DNA of 64,000 nucleotides from an uncultured Candidatus Rokubacteria bacterium. Lineage in GTDB: Bacteria > Methylomirabilota > Methylomirabilia > Rokubacteriales > CSP1-6. Position 1 is the first letter of the stretch. Every line of letters starts with the position of its first letter. The notes below the pieces were generated by a model that did no database searches, was not told the origin of the DNA, and saw nothing but the letters and a program-made list of their open reading frames with translations. The translations under genes and the position numbers were made by a program. Shown here piece by piece: positions 60,020 through 64,000 of this stretch. The DNA lies in assembly GCA_963762145.1 (NCBI GenBank), contig CAVXJS010000010.1, positions 32,001-96,000 on the forward strand. The letters are read 5' to 3'.

Positions 60020-60898
60020 TCATACCCGTTCGCTCTCGCCGCGCGCGAACAGCCCCCGCGGGCGGAGGAACAGCAGGAGCAGAAGAAGGACGAAGGCCGC
60101 CACGTCCTTGAACTCCGAGCCGATGAGGCCGCCGCCGAACGCCTCGAGCAGCCCGAGGACGAGGCCGCCCGCGATGCCGCCGAAGGTGTTGCCGAGCCCG
60201 CCGGTCACCGCCGCCGCGAAGCCCTTGAGGCCCAGCATGGTGCCCGCGTCGTAGATCGTGAGCGTCACCGGCGTCACGATGAGCCCGCCGATCGCGCCGA
60301 CCGCGGCCGCGAGGGCGAAGGACAGCATCACGATGCGCCCCACGTCGATGCCCATGAGCCGGGCCGCCTCCCGGTCGCTGGCCACCGCGCGCATCGCCCG
60401 GCCGAGCAGCGTGCGATCGAAGAACACGTGGAGCGCGACCACGATGGCGGCCGCGACCCCGAGGATCCAGAGGGCCTGCGGCACGAAGGTCGCGCCGAGG
60501 ATCTGGAAGGGCCGCTCGCCCGTGAAGGCGGGCAGCCCCGCCGCGTTCTTGCCGAGCGAGACCATGACCCCGCCCTTGATCAGGATGGACGCCCCGATGG
60601 TCACGATGATGAGGTTGAGCACGTCGGCGCGCACCGGGCGGATGATGAGCCGCTCCATGACGACGCCCACCGCGGTCACCGCGACGACGGTGACCACGAA
60701 GACCACCGTCAGCGGCAGGCCCGTCTGGGCGAGGATCGACGCGCCGAGCATTCCGCCCAGCATCGAGAACTCGCCCTGGGCGAAGTTCACCGCGCCGGTG
60801 GCGTTGAAGACGATGTTGAGGCCGAGCGCGACCAGGGCGTAGATGGCGCCGACCATGAGGCCGGAGAACAGGAACTGCAACAGGCTCGCGGTGTTCAC
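60020..60898 (-). CDS. LivH-like permease
   Basis: YALVALG, NFAQGE, GRAMRAVA, LKGFAAAVTGG, RPRGLF. Confidence 0.9.
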   Translation of the reverse strand: MNTASLLQFLFSGLMVGAIYALVALGLNIVFNATGAVNFAQGEFSMLGGMLGASILAQTGLPLTVVFVVTVVAVTAVGVVMERLIIRPVRADVLNLIIVTIGASILIKGGVMVSLGKNAAGLPAFTGERPFQILGATFVPQALWILGVAAAIVVALHVFFDRTLLGRAMRAVASDREAARLMGIDVGRIVMLSFALAAAVGAIGGLIVTPVTLTIYDAGTMLGLKGFAAAVTGGLGNTFGGIAGGLVLGLLEAFGGGLIGSEFKDVAAFVLLLLLLFLRPRGLFARGESERV

Positions 60899-60935
60899 GG
60901 AAGGGGTGCGGCGAGGGTAAGCTTGCGGTGCCGCC

Positions 60936-60961
60936 TTGTCAACGGCGGGGCTCGTTGACAA
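60936..60961. promoter_or_regulatory. back-to-back divergent -35 boxes forming a 9-bp inverted repeat
   Basis: TTGTCAACG-N8-CGTTGACAA. Minus strand TTGACA-N17-TACCCT; plus strand TTGACA-N16-GATACT. Confidence 0.55.
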
Positions 60962-61007
60962 TCCTCGGCGGGGTCCGATACTAATCGATGAACAAGGAGG
61001 CTACGCC

Positions 61008-61259
61008 ATGCCGCTCTATCTCGACGTGCACAACAAGATCAACGGCCTGACCACCGAAGGGATCGAGGACGCCCACCGCAAGGACCTCGAGTGCCAGCAC
61101 AAGCACGGGGTCAACTACCTGAAGTACTGGTTCGACGAGGGCACCGGCAAGGTCTTCTGCCTGGTGCAGGCCCCCAGCAAGGAGGCCGCGGAGGCCGTCC
61201 ACCGGGAGGCGCACGGCGCCATCGCCGACGAGATCATCGAGGTGAAGGAAGGCAGCTAG
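61008..61259 (+). CDS. DUF4242 (SCO4226-like nickel-binding) protein
   Basis: MPLYLDVH, AHRKDL, KVFCLVQAPS, VHREAHG, EIIEV; AAGGAGG RBS. Confidence 0.85.
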   Translation: MPLYLDVHNKINGLTTEGIEDAHRKDLECQHKHGVNYLKYWFDEGTGKVFCLVQAPSKEAAEAVHREAHGAIADEIIEVKEGS

Positions 61260-64000
61260 CCAGCGCCGCGGCCAGGGGCTCCATGCCCGAGCGTCTTCGC
61301 GAGCGCGAGCCCCTCGGCATAGTACCGGCTCGCCTGCTCGAGATCCGGCGCGGCGCCGCTCGCCGCGATCTGGCCGAGCAGCCGCAGGATGTAGGCCTCG
61401 TGGCCTCGCTCGCCCTGCCGCCGGGCCAGCTCCAGCGCGCGGGCTCCGAGGCGCCGCGCCGCGCTCTCGTCGCCCGCCCGCAGGTGCGCCTCGGCGAGCC
61501 ACATCAGGCGGAGGGCGTGGTTGGCCGCCCACTGCATGTCCTCGGCCCGCTGGACGGCATCCTCCAGGAGCCGGAGCCCCTCCTCGGTCCGCCCGATCTG
61601 CGAGTACGCCCGGCCCAGCGGGGCGGCGGCGAGCGGGAACAGGAACGGGATGTCGGCCACGCGGGCGATCACGAGCGCCGCGCTCCAGCGGCACGATCGC
61701 GCCCTCGTGGTTCCCGCCGAGATTGCGCAGCATGCCCGGTCCCCGCGTGGGCGACGATCAGGCTGTACGCGTGATCCTCCGCCTCGGCGAGGGCCGTCGC
61801 CTCCTCCGCGAGCGCGGCGGCCTCCTGCGCGTTCCCGCATTCCGCGGCGCAGAACGCCAGCCAGACGCGGGACATGACCGCCGGCAGGCCGGCCAGCCTC
61901 GAACAGCTGGCGCTTGAGATCGCCTTCGAGCAGCGTCACGGTGCGGGTGAGCGCCTCGGTCGCCTTCGGGTAGTCGCCGAGCGAGTGGTAGATCTGCCCG
62001 ATGCGCAGGTTGGAGAGGATCGTCCACGCGAAGTTCCCGAAGCTGGCGCTGAACGTGCGCTCGCGCTGGGCCAGCGTCAGGGCGCGATCGTACTCGCCGC
62101 GGAACCACAGGTGGCCGGCACTCTCCGCGCCGCCCATCACGCCGGCGGCGTCGATGCTCGGCTTGGACCCGGCGGAGCCCATCTCCCGGAGATAGTGCAG
62201 GGCCTTCTCCCACATCTCGCCCCGGAAGGCGTGGTGGGCGAGGCGGTCGGCGTGCTCGCTCAGCCGATCCGCATAGACGCGCTCGATGGCGCCGACGATC
62301 CGGGCGTGGAGCGCGCGGCGCCGGTCGTGCAGCAGGCTGCCGTAGGCGACCTCGTGGGTGAGCGCGTGCTTGAAGGTGTACTCGAGGTCGGGGAAGAGCT
62401 TGGCCTCGTAGACGAACTCGGCCGCCTGGAGGCGCGCCAGGCCGCTCCGCAGGTCGTCCTCCTTGTGCTCCGCGGTCTCGAGCAGCAGGCTCCACGGCAG
62501 ATCCTTGCCGATGACCGAGGCGAGCTGGAGCAGGCGCTTGTCGCCGGCGGGCAGGCGGTCGATGCGCGCGGCCAGGATCGCCTGGACGGTCGCCGGGATC
62601 TGGATCGCGCCGGGATCCTTGCCGAGCCGGTACGCGCCGCGCTCCCCGACGAGCACCTCCATCTCGACGAGGGCCCGGACGCTCTCCTCGAGGAAGAGCG
62701 GGTTGCCCTCCGTGCGCTCGATGAGCAGGCGGCGGATCGGGTGCAGCGCCGCATCGTCGCCCAGCAGCGCCTCCAGGAGCGCGCGGGCGGTGTCGGGCGG
62801 CAGGGCATCGATCCGGAGCTGCTGGTAGTAGCTCTTGTTGCCCCACGGCTGCTGATACTCCGGCCGGTAGTTGACCGCGAGCAGGATGGGCGTCGTCGGC
62901 AGGCTCTCGACGAGGGCGTCCAGCAGCGCCTGGGTCTCGGCGTCGATCCAGTGGAGGTCCTCGAAGACCAGGACCAGCGGCTGCGTGCGGCTCTCCCGGA
63001 GCAGCACGCGCTTGACGGCCTCGAGCGTCCGCGTGCGGCGCGCGGCCGGCTCGAGCCCCATGAGCTCGTGATCCTTCGGGAGCGCGTCGAGCACCCACAG
63101 GAGCGGCGGCACGCTGTCCTTCAGGCCCTCGTCGAGCGTGAGGACGTTGCCGGTCACCTTGGCGCGCACCGCGCGCACGTCGTCGTGCTCCGCGATCTTG
63201 AAGTAGCTCTTGAGCAGGTCGATCGTGGGCAGCCACGGCGTCGCCTTGCCGTACGACACCGAGCTCGACTCCAGCACGAGCCAGCCCTCGGTCCGGTGCG
63301 AGCGGATGAACTCGTAGAAGAGGCGCGACTTGCCGACCCCGGGCTCGCCCACCACCGCCACGATCTGGCCGCGGCCGCGCCCGGCCTGCTCGAGCGCCTG
63401 GCGGAGCTGATCGACCTCCGCGTCGCGCCCGACGAAGCGGGTGAGCCCCCGCGCCGCCGAGGCCTGCAGGCGCGTGCGGGCCGTGCCGACGCCCGCGACC
63501 TCGTAGACGGGCACCGGCTCGGCCAGGCCCTTGATCGGCGTGGGCCCGAGCGCCTTCACCTGGACGAACCCCTCGGCCCCGCGCAGGGTGCTCTCGGTGA
63601 TGAGGGTGGTGCCGGGACGGGCGAGCTGCTCCATCCGCGCGGCCAGGTGCGTCGTCTGGCCGACCGCCGTGTAGTCCATGTGGAGATCGCTGCCGATCGA
63701 GCGCACCACGACGTCCCCGGAATTGAGGCCGACGCGGATCTGCACGTCGACCCCGTGGCGCTTGCGGAGGTCCTCGGTGTACTGGGCGACCGCGTTCTGC
63801 ATCCGGAGCGCGGCATAGCAGGCCCGGGTCGCGTGATCCTCGTGCGCGAGCGGCGCGCCGAAGAGCGCCATGATGCCGTCGCCCAGCACCTGGTTGACGG
63901 TCCCCTCGTAGCGGTGCACGGCCTCCATCATCAGCTCGAGCACCGGATCGATGATCCGCCGCGCCTCCTCCGGATCCCGGTCCGCGAGCAGCTCCATCGA
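61256..64000 (-). CDS. class III adenylate/guanylate cyclase + AAA (STAND) ATPase + TPR protein; 5'-truncated, frameshifts near 61720-61900
   Basis: GDGIMALFGAP, RVGLNSG, TTHLAARME, GEPGVGKS, FEDLHW, EGNPLFLEE, FKHAL. Confidence 0.9.
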   Translation of the reverse strand, partial: SMELLADRDPEEARRIIDPVLELMMEAVHRYEGTVNQVLGDGIMALFGAPLAHEDHATRACYAALRMQNAVAQYTEDLRKRHGVDVQIRVGLNSGDVVVRSIGSDLHMDYTAVGQTTHLAARMEQLARPGTTLITESTLRGAEGFVQVKALGPTPIKGLAEPVPVYEVAGVGTARTRLQASAARGLTRFVGRDAEVDQLRQALEQAGRGRGQIVAVVGEPGVGKSRLFYEFIRSHRTEGWLVLESSSVSYGKATPWLPTIDLLKSYFKIAEHDDVRAVRAKVTGNVLTLDEGLKDSVPPLLWVLDALPKDHELMGLEPAARRTRTLEAVKRVLLRESRTQPLVLVFEDLHWIDAETQALLDALVESLPTTPILLAVNYRPEYQQPWGNKSYYQQLRIDALPPDTARALLEALLGDDAALHPIRRLLIERTEGNPLFLEESVRALVEMEVLVGERGAYRLGKDPGAIQIPATVQAILAARIDRLPAGDKRLLQLASVIGKDLPWSLLLETAEHKEDDLRSGLARLQAAEFVYEAKLFPDLEYTFKHALTHEVAYGSLLHDRRRALHARIVGAIERVYADRLSEHADRLAHHAFRGEMWEKALHYLREMGSAGSKPSIDAAGVMGGAESAGHLWFRGEYDRALTLAQRERTFSASFGNFAWTILSNLRIGQIYHSLGDYPKATEALTRTVTLLEGDLKRQLFEAGRPAGGHVPRLAGVLRRGMRERAGGRRARGGGDGPRRGGGSRVQPDRRPRGDRACCAISAGTTRARSCRWSAALVIARVADIPFLFPLAAAPLGRAYSQIGRTEEGLRLLEDAVQRAEDMQWAANHALRLMWLAEAHLRAGDESAARRLGARALELARRQGERGHEAYILRLLGQIAASGAAPDLEQASRYYAEGLALAKTLGHGAPGRGAG

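Overview
This is a very GC-rich bacterial window dominated by transport and catabolic genes. The gene repertoire resembles Candidatus Rokubacteria/Methylomirabilota, which is an inference only. Transport: three ABC importers (Pot-like, Dpp/Opp-like, Liv-like). Catabolism: SDRs, amidohydrolases, two LLM oxidoreductases, two Rieske oxygenase loci, a LigB-family dioxygenase, a PaaK-like ligase and two molybdenum hydroxylase loci. Other loci: a pqqABCDE operon whose 32-aa pqqA is absent from the ORF track, a compositionally distinct block at about 40.8-47.7 kb (two DUF748 genes, an ABC1 kinase, divergent sigma-54 promoters), TM0106-type and NERD-helicase nucleases, and a truncated class III cyclase-STAND-TPR gene. 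Many genes at 18.9-26.8 kb and 35.9-39.5 kb carry small frameshifting indels, most likely sequencing or assembly errors. The best candidate for an undescribed system is the minus-strand operon at 50.6-60.9 kb. It encodes a Liv-type importer, a tandem pair of ferritin-like paralogues (one with a full diiron ligand set, one with the ligands lost) and a CoxMSL-type Mo hydroxylase, with no dedicated reductase. No rRNA, tRNA, CRISPR array or transposase was recognised.
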